From Schmidtea nova (lineage: Eukaryota), in the NCBI GenBank assembly GCA_044892505.1, contig CM097882.1, positions 131,812,001 through 131,854,251 of the forward strand: 42,251 nt of DNA. The letters are read 5' to 3'. Within the stretch, counting starts at the first letter, position 1. The number at the start of each line of letters is the position of its first letter. Made by a program: the position numbers and the translations under genes. Under the pieces are notes generated by a model that was not told the origin of the DNA, ran no database searches, and saw only the letters and a list, made by a program, of their open reading frames with translations. Shown here in pieces: positions 9,541-19,584 of this stretch.

Positions 9541-10845
9541 TTACGATGTTTGACCAATTGAATTGTATCCCTGTGGCTTAACACCTAGCGGTGTGCAAGG
9601 AAACTGCTTTTGAAAGTCATTAATCAATTGTTGAGCGACTTTGGAATCCGTTTGAATAAGAGAAAAATTGGGATTTACTGGCGTTGAATTTACTGGTTTT
9701 GGATTCTGCTGAGGAATCGATCGATTTATCGCTTCTAATATTTGAACGTCGACGTTAATCATTGAAAGAACTGTAGAATTTTGATTCTGTGGAGAGACTG
9801 GAGATGAACTTATTGTTATTGCTGACAGACTCCTATTCGTTGAATTGTTGACGATTAAAGACTGATTAGGGGCTGTAGAGTTGCTAGCATCTGATATATG
9901 ATTGTTAGCTTGTTTGGATTTATCACTTTGTAAGATTAAATTCTGTTGTATTAAATATAAAGCCTGTCGAATGTTAGTGGCTGAGTCTTGTGAACTGGTT
10001 GGAATTCTTATCATTTGCGCACAGTCTAATGGAATTTGAGAGTTTTGATTTACTTGCAATGGGGTTGGAATTATAGGAATTGACGGTTGATTTTGTCGAT
10101 TGATTAAATGCATCGGAGGAGGTGGTGGTTGCATTGCAGCTGCAATTCGCTTAACGACTTCAATTTGACTAAGCGTGCTTGCATTATTAGAATTAGATGA
10201 GTTTAATTGAAGTGAATTTTTCATTATTGCTGGATGTTGTGAGACTTGGGGACGAAATGTTTGATTTCCATCTTGAATTGGAGATTGGTTTTCCTCTGAC
10301 ACCATTTTTGGTGGGCATAAACACGAATGTTTTGATTGCGTTTGAATTGAGAAAAGATGCCACTTTAGGCTGTTGATCGTTCCTTTAGATAGGTTATAGA
10401 ATAAACCTGCTAGATTTGATTTGGCAGACATTAATGCTCCGTCTCCATCCGTGCGACAAACATAGATTAATGAATAGTTTAAATATTGCCCAAGGAAGTC
10501 ATTGTAACGACGTCGTAGCAACATACCCAAATTAACATGATGCATAATTCCTCGGTTTGTTAATCCTCCAATCCCATTAGGCCGCTTGTCTTCCCTATTC
10601 TTATCAGTTGGATATATTATAACAGTTGCTCTATCTCCATGTCGATATAAAACATGGGCATGCAATAGTTGTTTGTCTGTAGCAGAACACTGATAAATTT
10701 GATAATTCACGATAAGTGTAAAGAAGCATAAAATAATCATAATCAATGTTTTTGAATATCTATTGGATATTAGCTTAATCTGAGGAGGATTCATATTGGC
10801 ATTTCTCCAATTAAAAAGATCCAAAGAGAGAATTGAATTAGGCAT
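9541..10845 (-). CDS. 434-aa chimeric ORF: signal/anchor + truncated acid phosphatase + Q/N/S/P-rich low-complexity tail; starts in the 5' LTR of A and reads through the PBS
   Basis: Uninterrupted ATG-TAA frame; hydrophobic LIMIILCFFTLIV, RHGDR motif, then 255 aa of low-complexity host-like sequence. Translation is not demonstrated. Confidence 0.55.
   Translation of the reverse strand: MPNSILSLDLFNWRNANMNPPQIKLISNRYSKTLIMIILCFFTLIVNYQIYQCSATDKQLLHAHVLYRHGDRATVIIYPTDKNREDKRPNGIGGLTNRGIMHHVNLGMLLRRRYNDFLGQYLNYSLIYVCRTDGDGALMSAKSNLAGLFYNLSKGTINSLKWHLFSIQTQSKHSCLCPPKMVSEENQSPIQDGNQTFRPQVSQHPAIMKNSLQLNSSNSNNASTLSQIEVVKRIAAAMQPPPPPMHLINRQNQPSIPIIPTPLQVNQNSQIPLDCAQMIRIPTSSQDSATNIRQALYLIQQNLILQSDKSKQANNHISDASNSTAPNQSLIVNNSTNRSLSAITISSSPVSPQNQNSTVLSMINVDVQILEAINRSIPQQNPKPVNSTPVNPNFSLIQTDSKVAQQLINDFQKQFPCTPLGVKPQGYNSIGQTS
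10295..10304 (-). promoter_or_regulatory. Primer-binding site of element A (tRNA-Leu-like)
   Basis: TGGTGTCAGA begins 4 nt after the LTR CA and is complementary to a tRNA-Leu 3' end (...UCUGACACCA). Confidence 0.65.
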
Positions 10846-11386
10846 TCAATGTAGAAGTAGATTAGAAACTATTTTATAATACAAAAAACTCTATTTCAAA
10901 TAATTCAATAAATTGAATTAATTTCACAAGATATATTTTTTTAAATTAACTCTTAAACCATTTATTTTTTTAAAACAGGAATATTTACCCCAAGAATTTA
11001 AACAACAAACACCAAGTAAATAAATGTAAATGTAAAAAATTAAAATATATCATTTTTACTAATTATTTTGCCAGTTTAACCACAATGACCGATGTTTTAT
11101 CGCCTGAAGAATATGAAATTTTGAAAGAAATTAATTCAATTTCTAAATGTAATGATATCAACAATTTCCAAATAATGCAAATTGTTCGAAATTTAAACTC
11201 AACATATTCTCACGTTAGAATGAAATGTTTAAAAGTAATGGGCCAATTTATGGATCCCTTGAGTCATTTTCCATGTGGTTCATCTAATACTTTTGATATT
11301 GTTCAGTGGTTTACGCAGGATCAATTTCATGGTTTGTGAAATATCATTTGAGAGAATTTTGGGTATCGGCTTTCTAGACCACTACA
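10309..11386 (-). repeat. 5' LTR of element A
   Basis: Direct repeat of 3319-4396, followed on the minus strand by the PBS. Confidence 0.93.
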
Positions 11387-11414
11387 CCATCTAACCAACA
11401 CACCAGCATAAATT

Positions 11415-11432
11415 TGGGGGCTCAGCCGGGAT
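11415..11432 (+). promoter_or_regulatory. Primer-binding site of element B (tRNA-Pro)
   Basis: TGGGGGCTCAGCCGGGAT matches the tRNA-Pro PBS TGGGGGCTCGTCCGGGAT at 16/18 and lies exactly where identity with the 3' LTR ends. Confidence 0.85.
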
Positions 11433-11968
11433 TAAATCGATCTTTGTGGGAATAAGTAAATTCAATACCAGCGGACAGTTTTAGAGCGCCTGAACCGGGA
11501 TGAAATTAATGTTTGCGGAGAAAAGCGAATTGAATAACAACGGAGGGTTTGAGGGTCCTGAAGCAAGAATGAATAGGGTTGAAAAATAATAAATAAAAGT
11601 ATGAGTGTGAAATAAGGAAATGATGAGCATGATAAAAGTATGCATGAGAACGAAAGTATGAATATAAAGAATGTGAAAGTATGAGTATGAATGAAATTAC
11701 GAGGAATAGTATGTGAGATAACGGTTTGAAAAGACACGAAAAGTATGAATGACGTAATGTAAAAGTATGTTGAAAGGGATGTATGAAAATGATATGAGTG
11801 TGAGCAACTAACAATGATCATGTCGAGGCGACATTCAAGAACACGGGGGGATACGCAAGTAACAACGCAAAACAGAACAACAGAAAGCGAACAGTAGGGC
11901 TACCATATAATAAGAATAATAAATAATAAATAAAAATCGACAGAAACTAATGAAAATTCATTCAGGGG

Positions 11969-12409
11969 ATGCAGAACAGAGTAAAGGAAATGCAAACGTT
12001 TTTCGAGACAAACAGCGAGACAGTGGAGACAATAATGGGAAAGTTAAGACGACTCGAGGTGGTAGGATATCACGAACCGACAAACAACACAGAAAGAGCC
12101 GAAATGATGATAAACATATGTGAGAAAAGGAGCACAATTGAGACAGCAACGCGATACAAATGGTACTGAGAAAGATTACACCACCCTGAAATGAATATCG
12201 AGTGCCACAGGCTAGAACAACAGTTAACAACAAAACATGACGAGTGGATGAGAATAACAACAGAACATACGAGACAATATCTGACGTGTTATATCTGTGA
12301 AATAAACAAAATACAGATAATGTTGTTGCCATGTGGGCATTTTCGATTCTGTAATGACTGTAAAATAAATGAACGATGTCCTATGTGCAACCTCCCCGTA
12401 TCTGAATGA
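11969..12409 (+). pseudogene. IAP/XIAP-type C3HC4 RING finger ORF (~146 aa) in the B leader; one in-frame TGA at 12167-12169
   Basis: CYICEINKIQIMLLPCGHFRFCNDCKINERCPMC = C-x2-C-x11-C-x-H-x3-C-x2-C-x5-C-x2-C. ORFs 11969-12169 and 12191-12409 are in one frame. Confidence 0.8.
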
Positions 12410-13089
12410 ATAACAGTGTACTTGTAATAAAAATAAAGGTTTTGAACAAGTACAGTTGTTGTTGAAATTATGAGGGTTTAACAATGATTTGGTAAAAATG
12501 ACCTAAGTAATTATGAGCTACTTACGAGTAGTCCGGTAAGCACCCATTGGGGGGAACCAACTGATCAACTTACCCGAGATGTGTAGAAAGTAGCCAATCG
12601 CGGATATTGGAAAGCTCTTGTGATGTGACTGATCACCACATCCCGCATCAGTAGACCAATGCGATCTTTTATATATTTTGGTTGGGGTGAAAGGTAGGGA
12701 CAACTCAACGAGGGTTAGGCGCGCGCAGAAAAATGTAAAAATAGGATGATAAACTGATCAATAAAGAGAGAGAGAAAGCAATGAAATGAGTAAGATGAAT
12801 AGAGAAATGTGGTATATGATGAAAGGCACGTAATCAGCTCGCATAAAGTAAAATCAAGTAGAGAGGTTGATGAATCAATAATAGAATAAAGGGGTGTAAT
12901 GGATGAACCGAGTAAATCGAAAACTCGAGGTCAAATGAATTCCTTGAAAGAAAGGAAATAATAAAAGGGGTCCTAAAGAGAAAGGATTTGCCCATAGTTC
13001 TTGAAAGATAGGACTTAACGAAACGCGACAATAGATTCTCCGAAGAAGCATAAGCAACCACTGAGAGATGATATTTCGAGTTTTCGTTG

Positions 13090-13534
13090 GTGAGCATAGG
13101 TCTCATAGTGAGCATAGGTCTCGTTATTAAACATAACATCATAGTGAGCATAGGTCTCGGCAGTAAACACAACATCGCAGTGAGCACGGTTCTCGTCAGT
13201 AAACCTAAGTCTCGTAGTGAGCAGAGTTCTCATCAATAAACGTAAGTCCTAGCAGCGAACATAGTCCTCATCAGTGAGCGTAGTTCTCATCAATAAACCT
13301 AGTCATCGTAGTGAGCTTAGTTCTCATCAGGAAACATAACTCCTGTAGTAAAAATATTCTTCGTCAGTGAGCATAGTTCTCATCAGGGAACATAGTTCCC
13401 GGAGTGAGCAAAGTTCTCATCAACAAACATAATCTTCATAACAACCATGTGATTACCAGTGAGCATAATTCTCGTCATTGAGCATAGTTCTCGTTAGTGA
13501 GCATAGTTCTCAGCTGTGAGCATAGTTCTCGTCC
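13090..13534 (+). repeat. Minisatellite of ~23 copies of an 18-19-nt unit (consensus GTGAGCATAGTTCTCRTCA, often alternating with a GTAAAC variant)
   Basis: Unit starts seen at 13090, 13108, 13144, 13180, 13217, 13274, 13311, 13367, 13404, 13459. Confidence 0.85.
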
Positions 13535-13876
13535 AAAGTAAAATATTGAGTAAAAGCCCACGAGAAAGACGACGAAGTGAGGCAAAAGAGGACTAAATAA
13601 AGTATAAAACTATCCGGATAGTAGAGATAAACGAGCAATATTGGAGATGAATAAAGGAGAGTAGAGACGAATAATGGATAATGAAGATAAACGACGAATA
13701 GTGAAAATGAATAGCGAATAATGAGGAATAATGGTTGAAAGAAACCGAATTAATAATGAAAGAGTTGAAGGTGCGCACCTGGGTATTGATAAATGCGAGT
13801 AAAGCTGATGACGTAGCCTAATGACGTTAAAGTATGCATACAGAGAGGAGTAATAAAGTAAAGTAAGTAAGTGAAA

Positions 13877-14264
13877 GGTGCTGACTGGAAAACCCAGCAG
13901 ACCATGAGATTCGAGGAGAGTAAAACGAACCGGTTTGGAAAAACAGGTAAAGTGGTAAAGACGCTGGCTGGAAAACCCAGCAGGTCAATGATAACGATCA
14001 GAGAAGATCGAGAGAATAAAAGTGAGTAATAATAGGAAGAATGGTGAAATTGAGGACGCTGACTGGAAGACCCAGCAGGTCAAAAGTGATGATCATCGGA
14101 GTAAAGAGCAGTAAAAGTCGATAGTAAAAGGATAAATGGGGGGGGGTAATAAAAGCGCTGACTGGAAAACCCAGCAGGCTAATGAGAATGAGCGAAGTCG
14201 AGAGTAACAAAAATTCGAGATAAAAGGTGAGAGTAAAGGTGCTGACTGGAAAGCCCAGCAGGCC
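13877..14264 (+). other. Array of five 27-nt bulged RNA hairpins NNN-g-CTG-r-CTGG-[AARRC]-CCAG-CAG-N'N'N'
   Basis: Copies at 13877, 13960, 14055, 14154, 14238; the basal 3 bp differ in sequence but stay complementary in all five. Confidence 0.8.
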
Positions 14265-15160
14265 AACAAGAGATGTTAGTTGAATTAAAGGTGAGTAGAG
14301 ATGAGAGTTAAAAGGAAGTAGTAAACGTAGTGTGAATAAAGAATAAAGTGAGTAGTCGAGAAACAGAGTAGTCGACAGATAAGGGGAAATTTGAACTCAG
14401 AGCCAGAGAAGCCTGAGAAAAGTAAAGGGTATAGTAAGAGCGCTGAGCGACAAAGTAATTGGGAAACTGGGGAAAAGTAATTGGTGTATTTGATAAAGTA
14501 TAGATAATTGATACGACTGCATAGATAATTTAAATAGACTTAAAATCAAGGGAAATGGGACAAATGGGGATCTTCATGAATTATGACTACACCCGTGAGA
14601 GGGACGAGAAACACGATAACGGAGACGTATCGTGTAAGTGATTATTTGTTTTAAGGAAACAAATCAATCAAGCAATTCAAAGCAATCTAGCAGTCAGAAC
14701 AATCAAAGGAAACAAGTCAAAGAAGAAGCAAAGCAAAAGCAAAGTAGATAACCAGTTGAGAATATAAGAAGTTGAGCGATAGACAAAATTGAGGAACGTG
14801 AAACAAGAAACGGTACAATACCGATCCTAACAGAAGCCGAAAGAAAAGCAGAAAAAAAGGCAAGAGCAGTGAATAAAGCAGCGCAACTAAAGAATAAACG
14901 AGTAGAGATCAGTGATAACTTGAGTAATAAAGAGAACCAAGAAGAAACCCCAGAGAATCCAGAAGTACGAAACGAAGTAGAAACGAAGTAGAAACGAAGT
15001 AGAAACGATAGACAGTGAACTAGTCAGTGAAAACAGAACAAGAAGCGAATCAAGAGATAACGAAGTAGAGAGTAGCGACAAAGAAGGATTAAACCCAGAA
15101 ATAAGTGGTGAACTAGAAGTAAATGGAACTAGTACAGCATTCCAAGACAGTGGAATCGGG

Positions 15161-16153
15161 ATGAGTGATCACAGAGAGGATCTGAGAGAAAAATTCAAGG
15201 GTGAACCATTCAATGGAGACGCCAGTAGATTGGACACGTTTCTAAAGGAATTTGGCATATTCGTGGATATATGCGGATGGAGTGCAGAAACGTTAGCGAA
15301 TCGAATCCCGCTATACTTGAAAGATAGCGCATTGAATCTGTATATCGAAAAGAGATCTGGAAGTAGTCCACCCAAAACGTGGGAAACGATCAAGGAGTTC
15401 TTCCAGCAAACGTTTGGGATAAATAAAGTGTTAAACGAAGCATTCGATGAATTCTCAGCAAGAAAACAAAGGAGAAATGAGTCAAATGCGGTGTACGCAA
15501 GTGAATTAAGAAAGTTGGCGAAACTGGCATTCAATAGAGGAAGTCCAGTAGACGAGGAATTGATGACATCATTATTCGTACGAGGTCTCACGAGACCTGA
15601 CATCAGAGCACAAGTGGGATGCAAAGGATGTAAAACAGTAGATGAAGCGTTGGAAGCAGCCAACCTATTCGAATTGCATATAGCAATGAACGACATGAGA
15701 ATTATGGCGGTAATGGAAAAAACGACAGAAGATGAAGAACAAGGAAAAAGAAACATGAATCAAAGCATTCCCCATTCGCAGAGATTGTTCAAAGAACCGC
15801 CAGCGAGGAAAAATAACGGATATATTACAGTAAACACGAATGGAGGAAACAGTTACAACGACAGGCAGAATAGGCAATGTCAGACGTGCGGAAAAAACGG
15901 ACATTGGCAACAAGATTGTTTTCAGAACGTAGCCTGTAAACTGTGTGGACAAAAAGGTCATTCAGAGAATCGATGTTATGGGAAAACGTGTTACACATGT
16001 GGAAAAACCGGACACATGTCAAGAGAGTGTAACCAACAGAGAAGTTGGAAAAAGACAGTGGAAAAAGACAGAATTACGGAAATCGACCAAGTTATGGGAA
16101 TCAGGGTCAACAACGTAACAACCCAAATAGCAGTGCAAACGAAGCCAGTATGA
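15161..16153 (+). CDS. gag: Gag of element B (capsid + three CCHC zinc knuckles); true frame probably shifts at ~16047 into ORF 16045-16332
   Basis: FNGDASRLDTFLKEF..W..IPLYLKDSA..TWETIKEFFQQTF..KQRRNESNAVY..LFVRGL; CQTCGKNGHWQQDC, CKLCGQKGHSENRC, CYTCGKTGHMSREC. Confidence 0.93.
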   Translation: MSDHREDLREKFKGEPFNGDASRLDTFLKEFGIFVDICGWSAETLANRIPLYLKDSALNLYIEKRSGSSPPKTWETIKEFFQQTFGINKVLNEAFDEFSARKQRRNESNAVYASELRKLAKLAFNRGSPVDEELMTSLFVRGLTRPDIRAQVGCKGCKTVDEALEAANLFELHIAMNDMRIMAVMEKTTEDEEQGKRNMNQSIPHSQRLFKEPPARKNNGYITVNTNGGNSYNDRQNRQCQTCGKNGHWQQDCFQNVACKLCGQKGHSENRCYGKTCYTCGKTGHMSRECNQQRSWKKTVEKDRITEIDQVMGIRVNNVTTQIAVQTKPV

Positions 16154-19100
16154 AAGAAGCCAAGTTGAGACAGGAGGTATCCAGATTACACGAGATAATC
16201 GAAAGCATGGCAAAGGGAAACCAGCAAGCTGCTCAACCAAAGATAAACATGATCCAGTTAATAGAAGCTGAGGCCGAAAGAGAAAACAGAGAAAGTCAAC
16301 AGAAACATAATCAAGAATGGGCTAGAATATGACGAGAAGAAGAACAAGTCAGACAGCAACGGTTACAACAGTTAAAAAAGGGAAATCCAAGGATCAACAT
16401 GATGCGAGCAATGATGGAAGAGAAGCAGCAGGATGAGTCGGACGAATTCGACGTTAAAGAGAAAAGAAACGAAGAGCAGAAACAGGAAGAAGTGAATCAG
16501 GAAGTAGAAACCGCAGAGCAGTATCAAAAAAATGAAGAAGTAGAAAAAGAAACAGAAACAGAAAAAGAAACGGAAAAAGAAACGAATCAAGAAGCGGAAG
16601 TGAGAATCAAACAAAGAGGAATGTTGGTGATCATGCCGAAATGATCAGCCGAATTCGTGATCACGTGTTTCGATTCAAATATGATGTAAAAGAAGAGGTA
16701 GGAATACTGTTCAATAAAGTAAATAAGATGATTCCGGGAGTAACGAAACTGCCCAGAGAAGCATTCCTACAAACAGAAGATTTACCCGAAGTAAAGTTGA
16801 AGATGACTGACATATGGGAAGATATGGGAGTAACAGAGACGAAAATAAACGTGACGATCATCAGAGAGGTGGAACCGGAGAAAACCCCACCACCAGTGAA
16901 ACATCAAACTCGGATCAGTCGAATATTCAAAGGAAAAATAAGACGAAGACGGTTGGAAGAAATAGATGAGTTGGAGAAAAGAATGGGAAAAGTTGAAATA
17001 ACGGGAACTGAGAGTGAACTAACACAGGAAGTTAGTAAAAATAAAGCGAGACCAACCGCACATATTGGGATGCTGAGACACCCAAGACAAGAATTGTCAG
17101 ATGAAGAAGACGACAGCGAAGTTAGCAGTCTGGCAGGAGACATGCTAAAGGAATCAGAAAACGAAGATGAAAAGATGGAAGTAACCGAGACAATAGAAAC
17201 GATGTCAGTAAAGGAAGAAGAAATTCAGAGATTGATGAATAACGCATTGGAAGTAATCCATAACGAGGAGTTCATCGACAAGAAGCGATACCGAAAGTTT
17301 ATACGAGCAGTATGGCATATGAAGTATAAAGAATGGTTACAAGAAAGAGAAGTGAGGGTAATACAAGAATACATTGAGAAGCTATTGAAAGAACCACTCA
17401 ACGAATACTTAATACAAATATGGATAAACGAGTGTTCACCGAGAATCTGGATAAAGAACCCAATGACGGATGGAATTTACCGATGGGTTGAAGACAGATT
17501 GGGAAGCTCGTACAAAGACAAATTCATATATTCGGAAAACGGATTGGTGGAAAAAGGAACGCATATGATAAACACGGGCATATGGCCAGGAGAAATAACA
17601 ACGTTATCTATATGCAACTCCAAGAAGGAAGAGAATCTACAAGAAATCGCAAAGAAAGCGAATACGCGTTATGAGACGGGAATAAAACCTCAGTTAGTAG
17701 AGGCAAAAGAAAGAATCTTGGCAGAGAATTTGAATACGATGATAGAACAGATCATCCAACAAATCAAGAAACACCGAAAGGAATTGACGAAAAGCGAGTA
17801 TGAGAATTTGAAGCAGTGTATCGAGAACATACGAGATACCAGTCAAACGAGACATTCAAATTTCAAAACGGACAAGCTAATTACAAAGATGGGAAAAGAA
17901 ATGTTTAAACAAGGAGAGATATCAGATCTGAAGATTACCGTGAGATTACCGAACGAAGAGACAAGACAAATTGAGGTAATACCAGATAGTAAAGTGGGAG
18001 AAATAGTAGATGTCATCAATGAGACGATATTACAACGAGAACGGGAAGACGAATTCGAAGATGACATAGCGATAAAATACAAAGAACATCTACTGAACGA
18101 ACGTGATGAGAGACGAGCGTACAAAATCGGCATATGGGATAATTACCAGGCAATACACGTCATCAGAATGGATGATGTGCCGAGGGTAACACCAAAAGAT
18201 GAAGCAAAGAGAAAGAAACGACAAGAGGACGTTATACGCAAGTTGAGACAGATAGTAGAAATCTATCGGAACTGGCAGATAAAGCCAGAATGGGAGACAA
18301 TATTGGGAGAATTAGATCTTAACAAACGACGATTAACGCCAGTAGAGAAACAATGGGAGGATAAAGAGAAATGTTGGAAAGTGAAGAGGCGTGTATGAAG
18401 AAGATCCGGAAGAAGAAGACAGATATGAACCGAATACGAAACGGATATGTATGGTAACAAGGAAGTTATTACCAACGGACTTAGACGGACCAGAAACAGC
18501 AGTAATATGGGCAAAATTGGAGAGACAGAAAACGGATGAATTAATCGAACTGTTGAGAGGAAATACTCGGGGAAAAAGACAAACAATAAAAGGCTTAGCA
18601 GAATTTATAATCGCAAATGGAGAAGATATAACGAACTTGAGAAAAGTAGCTAAAGCGATAGCAGAATACAAAAGAGTTAACGAGTGGTGTCCAGAGCAAC
18701 TAGACCATGTAGTAAAAAAGTGGAGAAACAGAGAATTCGCAGAGGAAACGCCACAGAAAATACATTTGAGGATAATGTATCCGAATCAGAGAAAAGAAGA
18801 GTTTTGGGTGATGCTAACAGAGAAAGTGAAGAGTGTCAAAGAGAAACTGATGTATGAACTACCATTCCATCTACAACATCAAGGACGATCGTTGGATAAC
18901 AATTTGGAAATCTGGCTGACACCAGTGCAATTGGATTTAATGAATACGCTAACAGTGGCACAGATAGTGGGTCAACCACTGAAGCTGAAAGAAGAAAAGA
19001 AACCGAAAGGAAGCATGAGTTCACCAAGTCCAATGAAGTCAACAATGATCCCAGGAACAAGTTCGGGACAAGCAAGAACAACACCAGCGAAAATAAGAGA

Positions 19101-19584
19101 GAGAACACCTCCAGAAGCGTATGACGTCGATGAGATATTAACAGACAGTGATGAAGCGATAAAGGAATTAACAAAGTTGACTCAAAAACCAACGGCGAAT
19201 ATTTTCGACAGAATAATAGATATGCCAATAACGTCACCAGCGGAAATCGACGATCAAGGAGTGGAACAAGAGGTAGTCATAGAAATAGTAAACGATTCCG
19301 AAGACGAGCAAGAACAACCCCAGTTCACTCAAGAAATGGAAAGATGGTTGGAACAACGAGCAAACGAAGGTAGAGATGTTACAGAAGAAACCGGAAGAGC
19401 AACGAGATTCGTGGAAACCAGAACGGGAATGGAGAAACGACCAAGAGGAAGACCAAAGATAGATCCAGCAACAACAATCCCAAAGACAAGGGAAGAAAGG
19501 AGACAAGAGCAATGGGAGATTTGCTTGAAGAAACTGGATAAAATCGCAGAAATCAGAGGAAAAGAGGAGAATCAAGTTTGTCAA
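16045..19584 (+). pseudogene. Accessory region of the B polyprotein: acidic/coiled segments, up to four ubiquitin-like folds and an AT-hook
   Basis: Long ORFs (16045-16332, 16399-16644, 16641-18398, 18391-19884) with the same codon bias, joined by one in-frame TGA and 1-nt indels. UBL patterns judged by eye; KRPRGRPK at 19435-19458. Confidence 0.6.

Larger units (their letters stand above)
3317..11386 (-). mobile_element. Nested full-length Ty3/gypsy LTR retrotransposon (element A), CsRn1-clade-like, coding-defective
   Basis: Two 1078-bp LTRs (TG...CA on minus strand), TSD, PBS, PPT, gag with C-x2-H-x9-C-x3-C (CHCC) motifs, and PR-RT-RH-IN. Confidence 0.93.

Noticed and set aside
13090-13534. 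CRISPR array
   Set aside because: Units are adjacent with no unique spacers, there are no cas genes, and the context is eukaryotic.
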